Positions 1-12,900 of a stretch of 64,000 bases of DNA are shown piece by piece. This DNA comes from Cyanophora paradoxa CCMP329. Lineage: Eukaryota; Plantae; Glaucophyta. A model generated the notes under the pieces. That model was not told where the DNA came from and did not search any database. It saw only the letters and a list, made by a program, of their open reading frames with translations. The stretch spans positions 1 to 64,000 of the forward strand of contig QPMI01000044.1 in NCBI GenBank assembly GCA_004431415.1. The letters are read 5' to 3'. Both the position numbers and the translations under genes were made by a program. Position 1 is the first letter of the stretch; each line of letters opens with the position of its first letter.

Positions 1-947
1 AGGTGAAGAGCGGGACCTGCTCACTTATGTGAGGCTCGGACCGCAGAGTTTACTAGTATTCTAGCTACAGATTAATGTAGAAATGTTTCATATATTATAT
101 TGTACTGAGCTACAGCCTTTCCTTTCCTTTTCCTTTCCTATATTGTCTTTTCTTTGCAAGTAAATGGAGATATTTTAACGTCCAAACAGCATGGCACAGC
201 ATCTTACAACATGTACAACTTTTCAGCCCCCAGCCATTAGTACTGGCCCTTCGTGTGCTGCTGGTTGTTCGCTCATCAGTACACGTAGCAGAGCTTTCAA
301 GGCGTCGGGTTTCTCGATTTAATTTCGCCAAGTGTTTCGCAGATTGCGCTTCGGTGTAAAATGCACAGTACTTCAAGGAGGTTTTTATTTGCACATATAC
401 ATGAGACCATGCAGTTTTCAGAGAATTCGCTGGAAGCAAGCACACATCTTGCCACATTGCATCTCAGAGATCACGAAATTCAATGATCGGTAGCAAGAAT
501 CTCGATTCGAACCTACGGACATTCTAGCGCGAGCGAAACTACGTAAACTGACATCGATCATCGCAAATGATCACACATCATAAAGCGAACAACGGCGCAG
601 TGGCAATCATGACCGTCGGACCCTTTCCACTGGGCAAGACCTAGCAAAACGTACAGAACGAAACCAAGAAATATCGCCCGCATGCACATCGATATCGAAA
701 TCAATAATGCGAATACATGGATTAAAATGCCTGTACGAATCGAAGACGGTCAAGCTCAAGAAATCGGCACACGCTCAAGAGAGCGTTGCGATATACACAG
801 CTACAGTCTCCGAATAAACGTTCAGAACGTTGAGAAATAAACGTGCAGTGCCTTAAACCTGAGAATGAACATCTACATATCCTGCAATCTTATGCATAAA
901 ACGAGCGATATCGATGCTTGCTTTAACAAGGGACCCCGGGCCCGCCA

Positions 948-3900
948 TCAAGCGAGCACAGGAGCGATTCCTGGATGGCGTCAGCACCGAAAAGGGAAAT
1001 TTAAAGTAACAGGGTTCGCACGGGGGGAGATGGGGGCAGTGCCGGCGCCATCCGCGCGCCCGGGCTCGTCATCGTTGCCCGGCGTGCGGCCGTCGACATT
1101 GCTCACGTAAAACGCCTCCCCGTACGCGTGCGACGGCTGCACCTGCACCGTGGTCGGCTGCATTCTGTGCGTCGCGATCGGCTGGCGGTGCCGGTGCTGG
1201 TCATGAGCGTCGACGGCGTCTGTCGCACAGCGAAATAATACGAATGAGACTTTACTATTATAAAAAGGTCAGCTTCGGAGTCGAACCCTGAACAGGGAAG
1301 ACGGCATTCCGACGGCGCTGGCTGCGGCGGCGGCGGACCAGCAGAGCGGCGACGACGGCGGCCGCGACGAGCAGCGCGGCGCCGACCGCGCCGCCCGCCG
1401 CCGCGCCGCCATGGACGAGCCCGACGAGCCGGCGGCCGCCCCGCGGGCTGGCGGCGGGCTTGTGACCGGGCCGTCGGCGGGCCCGGCGTGGTGGCCGGCC
1501 CGGAGCCGCCGGCCCGGGCTGCGGGTTGGCCACCACGGGTGACTTGGTCTCTGCATGCGGGGCGCGCGCGCCGTCAGCTGCGGCGCGGGCACGCGGGCCG
1601 CCGGCGCTGCGGGGCGCACGGGTGCCATCGGGGGCGGAGACGACGATCTCGGCGGAGAGGGAGCCCTTCTCGACGGGGAACTCGGCGCCGAGGTCGAGCC
1701 CCGCCTCCGACGCCGCCGCCGCCGCCAGCAGCGCCGCAATCGCCTCCAGCGACAGGTCTGCCCCCGCCCGCGCGGCTCGCGGCGTCACAAAGCGAAACCG
1801 CCCTTTCTCTCTGTCTTCAGCGGCGGCGGACAACGCACCGGCGTCGGCGAGGGCGGCGCGGCGGGCGGCCGGCTTGTCGGCGACGTGGAGGGTGAGGCGG
1901 GTGGAGGCCGGCGGGGCCTCCTCCTTCGCGGCGACGGAGAGGCGGGCGGGGGCGGCAGAGAGGGCCGCCGCGAGGCGGGCGAGGAGGCGCCCCTCGAGGG
2001 CGGCGCCCCACGAGGCCAGCGGCACGCGCAGCGTCAGCCGCACCACCAGCACCCGCGTCGCCGCCGCAGGCTTCACCGGCTCTAGCGGTCCCGGGCCCTT
2101 CGGCGCCGCCGTCGGCGCCGCCCCGGCGACTGGCTCGCAGCCGGGTCCGGCGTCGCGGCCGGCGGCGACACAGGCGCCGCCGTCGCCGCCGCGGTGGGCG
2201 CCGGGCCGGCGGCGGCCGGGGACTGCGGGGCGGGCGTGGTGGCGGGGGCGGGGCGGCGACGCTGAAGGTTTGGATGGAGGTGGCCTGCACGCGCCGGCCG
2301 CCGCCGTGACGGTGAAGGTGACGCTGCCGCCGGCGCAGGCGCGGGGACGGCCCACTGCACGACGCCGCCCAGCGAGATGGCCCCGGCGCCCCCGACGCAC
2401 GCCACCGCGCCCCCGCCTGCGCCGGCCCCGTCAGCGTTCACGCGCGCCGGAAACAAACGGCGGCGGGCGGGCGGGCGCACGTCGGTGAGGCAGGAGGCGG
2501 CGAGGGCGGCCTGGCAGGCGGCCGTCGCGGCGTCGTTGCCACGCACCGCGCCGGTGAGGTCGGCGATCGCGTACGCGACGGCCCCGCGCCGGCCGCCGGC
2601 TCCGCCAGCCAGGCCAGCGTCGCGCGCGAGCCGGCGACGAGGCCGCCCGAGGCCGCGCCCTCCGTGCGGAAGACGGGCGCGGGCGGCGGCGGCGCGGCCG
2701 GCGCCTCGCAGGGGTCGCTGGCGGTGAGGGTGAGGGCGAAGGCGCCCGCGTCGGATGGGCGCCAGCCCTCGACGAGGACCGTGTACTTCACGCCGGCCTC
2801 CAGGTCCGCCACCAGCGTCCCCCGCGCCGCGCCGCCCCCGGGGCAGCGGCTGTGGTCGAACGCCAGCGTCGCCGGGTCGCACCCACGCATGATCGCGATG
2901 TACGAGTTGAAGGTCGTCCCCGCCCCGCACAGCGACAGCGTCACCTGCGCCCCGGAGGCCGTCAGCGCGCCCGCAAAATTCCGGGCGGGTCAGGCGCGAC
3001 GAGTTTCGCGCCTTCTTCGCGCGCTCGAGGATGAGGTTGTACGCCACGCCGCTGAAGTCCGCGAAGAACCTGCCCGCGAAAATCGACCCCGCGTGAGCGA
3101 TTTTCGCGCCGTTTCGCGCGGGCGGGCGCGGCTCGCCTGGACTTCTGGCCGACGATGGTGCCGCTGCGGGAGCGCGCGGAGGCGGGGCAGACGGCGATCG
3201 AGTCGAGGCCGATGCACTTCGACGGGTCGACCGCCGCGGCGCCCGCCATGCCGCCGCCGCCGCTGCCCGCCTGGCCGCCAGCGTCGCCCGCCCCAAGGCC
3301 CTTCGCCGACTCGCCGCCCACGAACGAGACGTAGGTCGCGGGGCGGGCCGGCCCGGCGACGACGGGCGGCGCCGGCCGGAGGAACACAGAGGCCGGGCGC
3401 GCCTCCGGCGGCGACTCGAAGTCGGCATCGATTTCCGCCTTGCGGGCGAGGCCCTCCGCCAGGCGCGCCTCGAACCGCTCCTCGGCCCGCAGCGCCGCCG
3501 CCGCCTCCGCGCCCAGTGCCGTCATCTGAACCCCGAAGTCGACCGCGGCCGGCCGGTCCGACGCCGGGGGCGCGTTGAGCGCCTGCATCGCTGGCGCCTC
3601 GGTCGGTCCGGTTTCGAAAGGCGCAGTCTGAATGCGCTGCCCGGCCGGCTGCGCAGCCTCGTGGGCGCGCTGCATGGCCCGCAGCCACGCGGTGCGGGCT
3701 TCCGCGGCGATGTCGCTCGTGTCCATCTGCGAATTCGACTGCTCGCACATCGAGTGTGCGGGTATGAAATTTCACGAGCGCTACGCACCGGGGAGCGCTC
3801 TGTGCTGAAGGGAAGCCGTGCCACGCCGCCTCCACCGATGGCCGCCACGGCTTCAATGGCGCTGCCCGTGTCGCGAGGGGAGGCGAATGACATTGAGCTC

Positions 3901-6900
3901 AGGCTGGGACTGCAGCCTAACGGCCCCGTAGCAACGTTATATCCGCTGTACCAAGCGGTGATATTATAGCGAGCCACCGAGCCGGGCATAGAGGCCCAAT
4001 TGGCTTCCACGACCACGTAGTAATCGACGCCTGACCGAGCTCACAGGTAAGCATGGATCAGTCCTGAGGGCCGCTGGCAGAGCTGACCTGGGACGGCGTT
4101 TACAGTAACGCTGGTCCTGAACTGAAAAGAGCTAGAGGTTGCAGCGAGTGCCGGGTCCGGATACCAGGGGTCACTCGTCCTGGCGGTCGAAGAAACCTGC
4201 AGCAGACAGAAGAGGAAGGCCAGGCCATGGCCATTGTAAGCGGACATTGGAAAGCTTGTAGCATTTGCATGGCCACGGGCGCACCTGAATTGCAGTTTCT
4301 GTCAAAGGACAGCCACGATACACGCGCAGCACGGCGCTGGAGTTTGCTGCAAGGTCGAACATCGTATTTACATACCTGCAATCGATTTACATTCGGAAAG
4401 GAAAGCTCATATGCATTGACTTCTCTTTGCAAGTGTTACGCACGAAATGTTCAAACTAGCCGGGAAAGTGAACTTGTAAATACGGTCTGCGCGTGCGAGA
4501 TAGAATCAGGACTACATAAATTGAAGCCCATAGCCAGCGATTTACCTGCGCCGGCGGTGGTTCCAGGAATGATGTTCGAGATCCCAGCTGTGGACCCGGG
4601 AAGGGTCGTGCAGGTCGGAAGCGCCGGCGCTAAAGAGCAAGCGGCAGGGACTGAAGAGGGCGCCGGGCAGCTCGGCAGATTGTCTTCGTATACAAATACT
4701 GCGGGCAATCACCACACGCATCAGGACCGGAGGTGTGCGCGTGCCTTGCCCAAATTCACACTCACCGATCTTGTGTGTGCCGTTGAGGGGAGGCGCTATG
4801 ATTGAGCCCGCCGTCACGACAAAGTAGTACGTCGTGTCGGCCTGAAGCGTGAGAACCGCTTTTGCCCGAGGAATCCAGCTATTATAATCGGTCTGTCCGT
4901 TGTATTGTTCGCAGTCGCGTCCTTGATCCATGTCTGCGTTCGGGTCGTAGTAGAAAGGAGCAGCAAAGGAGCTCCATTTGGGCGCAGAGAGAATGCTGCC
5001 ATTCCATGAGCCGACCCACGGACAGCCTTCATACACGATGAGGCCGGAAGGGAAGACAGTGTCGGGGTAGCACGTAGACACCCTCACACGCCTGCAGAAC
5101 GTTCAGCCGACCGCCTACAAAATAGTCTGAAGATTCACGTGCCTCGTCGCAGGCAAGCGCAGACTGTACCAGTTTTCTGCGACTGCACAAACAGAAAGCA
5201 TTAAGCATGGTTTGCGCTGTAAAGGAGACAGTCTTAATAATTACCGCCATCGGTAGGCACAAAAAAGTGGGCCGGGGACGAAGTCGTGCCCCGGTACGCG
5301 TTGCAGACGCTGACAGGAGTGGCCGCTGTGCATGTCCCACCCGCGCGCTTTGCGCTCGGGCACAAGGACAGGCTCGTGTTATACGTTTCGGTGCGGCTGT
5401 AGGGGTCTGGAGGAGTTCCACGAACGCCGGGGACGAATGGGTTTGGCTGCCTGAAGAACGCTTCGAGCAAAAGGTAAAAGTCAAAAGGCTGTCCAGGGGT
5501 CGGCATAGGAAGAGGACGCTCCCGTGCGTTGTCATCGTACTCGATTGACAACGCAAAGTCGCCTCCGGGCGATCCACCGATCCTGCCGACGAGCAGAAAG
5601 TAGTCCACACCAGGTTCCATCCAAACGCTCATCGCCATGCCATTTCGGCTGGGCGCGCTGCCGTCGCCGCCATACATGATGCACGACCGGCTGTAAATGT
5701 ATCCATCGCTGGAGCTCGAGGTCGAACTTTCGAGTCCAGACCAAGAGACGACTGCAGATTCCATCAGGGCCAGGCTGCTGTTCATTCCAGGCAGGTGATC
5801 GGCTAACGTAGCAGGGCAGCCCGCGGAAAGAACCAGGTAAGGATTGAAGTCCGTAGGCGCCATGCACGTCGAGAAGCGCACTCGCCTGCATGCGTGCAGC
5901 ATTAGTATCCAAGCAAGCAAAGGCAGCCGCCGGGCGATAGCATGTGTATGATGATCAGCAGTACCTCTTGTGTGTCAAACGAATGCGGTACATTAGCTCT
6001 GCGCAGTTGCGGACGTTATAATCATTCGATGGCGGGCGCAGACTCAGTGAACAGCCGAGGAAAAATCACATGCCTGCCGGTGGATCCGAGACAGCGGAGC
6101 TCAAGCCGTACTGGGTTAGGTACGATTTCGTCAGAACGGTCAGGTTGGGCTTCCCCACGGTCGTGTTCGTATAGACACCGCACGGCTCGGCAGGAATGGC
6201 TGCGCGGCACACGGACTGGCGGGCGTCCATGTCGGGGGCGGGGCAGGACGTGATGAAGTCTCCGTACGCGACCGACAGCGTAAACTCGCCTTCGGTGCGA
6301 CCGGAGCCATAGCCCGGATAATAATTGCTCGCCATAGGCCCGCCGACGACGATCCAGTAGGTGGTGTTCGCCTTGAGCTCAGCATATAAACTGGAACGTC
6401 TCGGCGCAGCGTTGAAGGTCGACCCGAACAGCTGCGCGCATCCGCTTTCCCGAGTGTAAACGTAGCTATATGAGTATTCGGAAATATAGTAGGTGTCGAG
6501 TGTGGAGACGGCTCCTTCGAGACCAAGTGGAGGTTTTTCCTTCACGGTGATAGTAGTGTCGAAATTCGTACGGGAATCACAAGTTGAAAGCACGAGTTTT
6601 CTGCTTGCGACCGACATTGGCCATGGCATGAGTAAAAGCGCTAAAACCAATGTTTGTTCGGCGAACAGCAAACCTTGCTCGAGGAAGCCGAATTGTGTAA
6701 AATATCTCTGCGGTCGCATATATTAATCGGGTGAAGCAGATCAAGCTAATCGGATGCCTCAAACTTTCATATTGTGAAATTGAACGCGCGCGCACCGCCA
6801 CCAACAATTTCGGAGAGCCTGTCCGGTTTGCCGACCGTGGAGCCCGAGTACGAGTTGCAAGGCTCGATACGCTGCGCACCCACAGCCGCCTCTAGCGAAG

Positions 6901-9900
6901 CATCATTGGGACATGTCTCTTCAGGAAGGTCGTAGTTCAATTGCCGCCCCATGTTCTCGACCTTGAGCGCGAAGCTGCCCTCGTTATGCAGTCCTGAGTA
7001 CCGCCCGCCGCTGATTGCCACGAAGTAGTTCGTGTTGGCCTCCAGCCGAGTGTAGACCGCAGGGCGCCCAAGGGAGTCGTTGTCGCGGCAGCCGTAGTCG
7101 TTCGCAGCGACTACGTACGGGCTGCTCTGGAGATAATAGCTCTGGCTCGTCACGCCCCCGCCTCCGTTGTAGGAATCTTGCGAAGAGCCGGGGCAGTTCC
7201 GGAAGATGGCGATTGACGCATCGAAGTCCGTGCGCCCATCGCACAGGGAGAACAAAACGTATCTGCGTTTGATTAGGATCAATGCAAGGACTCGATGGCA
7301 TAATGCATGTGCATTTGAATCTACACAGACCGTGATGTGGGGACGTTAATCTTATAGAAAACGACTGCGCAATCGCACGAGTTCAGCATACGCAAGGTTG
7401 ATGTACTCGCTCGCACAGAAGCATAATATACGTACCTCCGCCCGATAAGTACGGCCCGCCCGAATAGAGAGTGCCGCTGTACGTCAAGGCCGACCCCTGG
7501 ATAGGGCTCCCGACCGTCGAGTTGACATACGTGCCGCACGTTCCGAGCTCTTGAGCGTTCGCGCAGACCGAGGAAACGCTGGGCAGCACGCCGGACGAGG
7601 GGCATGTCGTCGAGTACGAGTAGGGACCCGCCATAAGGTAGACGGAAAGGGCAAAGTTGCCATCCCGGTAAGTCGAACCCCCGTTGACGTTGTAGCTGTA
7701 GTAGTAAGCGCCCCCGATGACAACAAAGTACGTCACTCCGCCCTGGAGCGTCACGACAGTGCTCGAGCGGCCAAGATTGTCACTGTCGGTGCAGCCGTAG
7801 TCCGAGGACCCGACCTGGTAGCCGCTGCCGCTCGTAGGCAGGTGATAGCTCTCGCTTGTGACTGCCCCTGGGGAAGAAGCCGCGGGGCACCCGCGGTAGA
7901 TCCGGAGCACGGTATCAAACGTTGTCCTCGGGTCGCACAGCGAGAAGAGGACAGCCCTGCAGAAACACAGTTCGCGATGGCATTCTGCAATATTGATGTG
8001 CGTACGGACACGTGCACGCGCGCATACCTGGTCTCGGGGACGGAAATCTGGTAGATAAACTCTGCGCATACATGGCACAATACCGTATGTAAGAGCTGAT
8101 TCAAAACTCAGGCGCTATATATAGCTATTATATGTATACGCTAGGCGCACCTGAGCTACCCGTCAGGGCAACCACATTGGCTCTTCCCACGGTCGAGTTG
8201 AGATACGTCTTGCATGGCTCGATGACGGGCGCTGCAGCACAAACAGGAGGAAGCGGCGCGGGGTTGGACTGGGCTGGGCAGGTGGAGGCTGTCGGGTAGG
8301 CTTCTGGGGGAGTGAGGGTGATGGCCGAGAGCGAGAAGTTGCCCTCGTTGCGATATGCGTAATAGGACCAGGAATTGCCGCCGACGACGACCCAGTACGT
8401 CGTGCCGGCGCGTAAATCTGCGACGACGCTCGCGCGGCCGCGGCCGTCGCTGTCGTAGCAGCCGTAGTCGCTCTGCGCCACCCGAGCGGGACCGAAGACG
8501 AAGGAGGCGTAGTAGGCCGGGAGGACCGGGAGGTTGGAGGCGGCGGGGCAGATCTGGAAGACGGCCAGGCTCGAGTCGTAGTCCGTGGTCGGGTTGCACG
8601 TCGAGAAGAGCACCCGCCTGCGCAAAAACGCGTGAGGTGCGCAGTCCAGACATCAACGCGTGTCGAAACGCCGCTCACTTCGACTCGGGAACGGTGAACT
8701 TGTAAAGAAACTCTGCAGACGGAATCAGCTTCGTTTCCAGTAGACACCGCTTACAGAGTGCAACGAACCGCCGGAGGCGCCCTGCGCGCCCGACAGGCTG
8801 GGCCTCCCGACTGTGGAGTTGCGGACGGTCGTGCACGGCTCGAGGCGCGGCACGCTGGCGCTGGAGCACTGCGGCGACTCCTGGGAGCCCCAGACGGGAA
8901 GGCACGAGGCCGCGCCGTCCGCGTACATAACAGAGAGCGAGAAATTGCCCTCGTTGCGACCGAACTGCCAGCCCTCTGCAGCAGCGTGAGAAGCGCTGCA
9001 AATTAAAAACCGTTGCAGCTGCGGAGTCAGACGAACCGACGGCGAGGTAGTAGGTTACGTTCGCGTTAAGCGTATGCATGATGATCGAGCGGCCGGCGCC
9101 GTCACCGCATCCCTACAATCCGACACGCGGATTCAAGATTCGAGTTCCAGCAGAGTTCGGTTTCGGACCTGGTCATCGAAAGCGACGGAGTGGGAGCTGG
9201 CGGAGGCGTCCGCAGTAAGCCCCGCCTCGGCGTCCTCCAGAGACAGCGGGCAGCTCCGGTACAGCTGCAGCACCGTGTCGAAGTCCGTCTCCAGATTGCA
9301 AAGCGAGAAGATCATCGTCCTGCAACCGCCACGCGCGGACGGTCAACGGCAGCGGTCCAAGACAAAGAGACTCGTGTGTGTGACTGTCTCACCGCGTCTC
9401 GGGGAGCTTGATGCGGTAGAGGGACTCGCCCTTCGGGTACATAGTGAGCAAGTTCGGCCTCCCTGCCGTTTTGTTGCGGTACGTGCGGCAGGGCTCGAGC
9501 GGCTCCGCCGCCGCGCAAGCGGGATGCAGGCGGCCCGGCGCGACGGGGCACGTCGGCTCTTGGGGCGACGTCGGGGCCCACGACGCGGAGAGGCGGAACG
9601 TCCCGTTGGCGGCGCTACCGATGCCATCCACGACGACGTACACAGGGCGTTCTGGGTACGCCCACACGAAAATCTCGCTTCCTTGCAGGGGGTACGGGCA
9701 GCCGTTGGAGGGGCTCGCAATGTTGTACGCGTATGCGGCCGTTGGTCCAAGCGGACAGTTCTCGTACGCCGCGAGGCTTGTGGGGTACGTCGTATTGACC
9801 GAGCACAGGGAGAGCCTCACGCGGCGCCCGTAGTACGGGTACCCGCTGCGTTTCAAGAGTCAGAATCAGTGGCAGCTGCAGTGGCAGTTTGACGCGCAGC

Positions 9901-12900
9901 GCACCCGTTCTGGAGCTCCGGCATCGGGATCGAGAGCCTGTAAATCACCTCTGCGCTGGAATTCAGCAAAGCCAAGCAAAGGTGGCGCCGGCCGCGGGAA
10001 CCGCGGCGCACCGGAGGAAGTGAACGGGACCCGCAGCAGATTCGGCTGGCCGACGTTGGTGCCGTGTGTGGCGTTGCAGACGGTGATGTTGGGGGCGGCG
10101 AGGCACCGCGGGTGCAGCGGGACCGAGGGGCAGCCCGGGAGGCTGCTCACGAAAGGCCCGTAGTAGAAGTCGGGGTTAATTGTGAGGCTGAAATTGCCCT
10201 GAGACGAGTAGTACCCCTCGACGACGACGTAATACTCCGTCCCCGCAGTCAGGTGCGCGGTGAGCATCGTCGCGCCTTGCGAGAACCCCATATCGGGACA
10301 GCCACCGTCGCCGTACGCCACCTGGGATAGAGTGGTGGACGGCAGAAGCGGGCAGCCGCCCGAGAAGATGCGAATGACGGTGTCGAAGTTGGTCGCCTCG
10401 GAGCACGTCGAGAAGCGGAAGTGTCTGAGTACTGGCTTCAGCATATTTATAACATGCATAGACTCTTTAAAGATGCAAGACGTATCACAAGGCACACGCA
10501 CCCAGTCGTGTTCGTCCGGAAACGGTAGTAGACCTCTGCAAAAACACGTTACAACCAAATCTCACAGTTTACATAGCGCTGGTTATGACGCATACCTCCC
10601 GAACCGAACTGGGGCAGGATGCTCGGCTGCCCCACGTTCGAGCCGGCGTAGGTCCCGCAGGATGCGATGGCGGGCGCCTGGGAGCAAACTTGAGACACGT
10701 TGACGGCCCCCACCGCGCATCCGTACGCGACGTCCGCGTAGCCGACCTGCCCGCCGCGTTTATTCTTGCACTGAAGCTTAAGGAAATCGATCAAAGGCAA
10801 TTGACGCACGTCGAGCCGGAAGTCGCCCGAGGCGGAGCCGTAGCCCTCGACGACGATGAAGTAGTCGACGTTGGCGTCGAGCGGCACGGCAGCCACCGAT
10901 TGCAGGCCGCACGCGTTGTCGCTGAACGCGACCTGCTGCCCGCCCTGCGCCGGGCAGCCGCGAATGACGCGAAGCACCGTGTCGAAATTCTGCAGAGATC
11001 GCACATTGCTCATAGTCAGAGCTCGAAGCAGCATCATTCAAACTGCAAACAAAGCGACGAACGGTGGGCCGGTTCGAGTAAGGGTCGGGGTTGCAGAGGG
11101 AGAAGCGAACGACACGGCTCTCCTGCAGGCGAATCTTGAAATAGCGCTCTGTCGGAGATGAAATCAATTTTAATGCGGTTAGACTGAACGATTCGATTTG
11201 AGAAAGGCACCTCCCGAGGGATGCTGGGTGAAGTAGTTCGGCGCGCCGAAGGTCGAGTTGGAGTACGCGTTGCAGACGGAGATGCTGGGGGCGCTGGAGC
11301 AGACGGCGGCGAACGGCGCGTTGTCAGGGTCGCTGGCGTTGGCAGCGCAAAACGGAGCGTCGGCAAAGAGCGCCGCCAGGCGGAACGGCCCGCTGCTCGA
11401 ACTGTAGCCCTCGACCACCGCTGCGGGCGCAAGATCATCGGCGCGTGCTCAAGATGAAGGCTTGGCGCTTGGCGCGGCGGCCGTGCGCGGGGCGATAAGC
11501 AGACTGCGACTCACCGAAGTGCTCGACGCCAGGCTCCAGAACTGCGTTCGCAATGGACGCGAGCCCGGGGCTTTCACAGCTGTCATCTGCACGGAATTCA
11601 GTTGGTCTTGAGCGTCGCGATCAACGGATAAATTGAAGCTTAAGTAGACTGAGGGGTGGAATTCAAAAGAGCGCACCATCGGAGGCGATCTGGACGCCCG
11701 AGGTGGTGGGGCAGCCCCTGTAGACCCGCACGTAGCTGTCGAACGTCGTCGCCGAGAAGCACGTAGAGAGGGTCACCGTCCTGCGCGGCCGAGCAAGCTG
11801 AAGAATGCCGCAGCCGGAGGAGAAAAACGGTAGCGCGACGCTCACCTCCGCGTCGTGAGGGGCGGGATGCGGTAGAAGCGCTCTGCCCGAGAAGCAGGTG
11901 TCACAGATCAGATATTAGCGATCGCAGCCGGCGATGGGGGCTTCGGGTTCGGGCGAATGCACCGCCGGAGGCAAAGTAGGGCAGGTAGTTGGGGGCCCCA
12001 GCGTTCGATCCCGACGCGGACGTGCAGACGGGTAGGACGGGTGCCGAGTCGCATGCAGCGCTCCCGCCCGTCACGCAGCCGCCCGCGGCATCGGAGTAGG
12101 AGACGGACAGCTCAAAGGAGCCGCTGCTGCTGCCGTAGCCCTGGACGACGACATAGTAGATCACTCCAGGTTGCAGCTGCCGAGTGAGCTGCGACGCCGT
12201 TCCGCACGTGTCATCTGCATTAGCCGTGCGCAAACACGTCAGCGACGCAGAAGAAACCGTGCGGCTGTGAGCCGGGCTAATGTATAAGGGGAATCGAACC
12301 ATTAGATTCGACAGCGACGCCAGTTGTCAGAGGACACCTGGGGAAAGTTTAGATCGAATGATAGACGAGATCGCAACGCGTTTAGGTTCCGAACCCTTGG
12401 TAGAGTCGGAGGACGGTGTCGAAGTTCGTGCGGTTGCTGCACAGAGAGAAGGTGATGGACCTGTGCGGCGGACGCTCATCGATTGAGCCGCGAAATCTGC
12501 ACACGGCCCTAGCGCTAAGACGGACCGGGCGGTGGGGATGGAGATGCGGAAGAAGGCCTGGCCGGAGGCGTGGCCGGTGGCGAGGGGCGCGGGGAGGCCG
12601 ACGGTGGAGCCGTTTACGCTCGAGCAGGGCGCCAGCATCGACGCGTTCGCGCAGACCGCCGGCAGCGTCGGCATCACCACCGGGGGCGGTGGCAGCGGCT
12701 GCAAGGTACGTGAGCCCCGGCGTGACTTAGGTGCGTGCACTCCAAGAGCGCACGGTGGGGGTCGCCGGCGCCACCGGTATGCACTGCGAAATCGTAACGC
12801 CGATTCAGGCGAGGACGCGAAATCGAAAAAGAGACTATAAGAATCAAATGTAGAGAATGCGAGACGGAAGCCGGGTCCCAATGGGCAAGCTAGTCATGAT

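Noticed and set aside
110-457. 115-aa ORF in AT-richer DNA at the window start
   Set aside because: No recognisable motif or splice support
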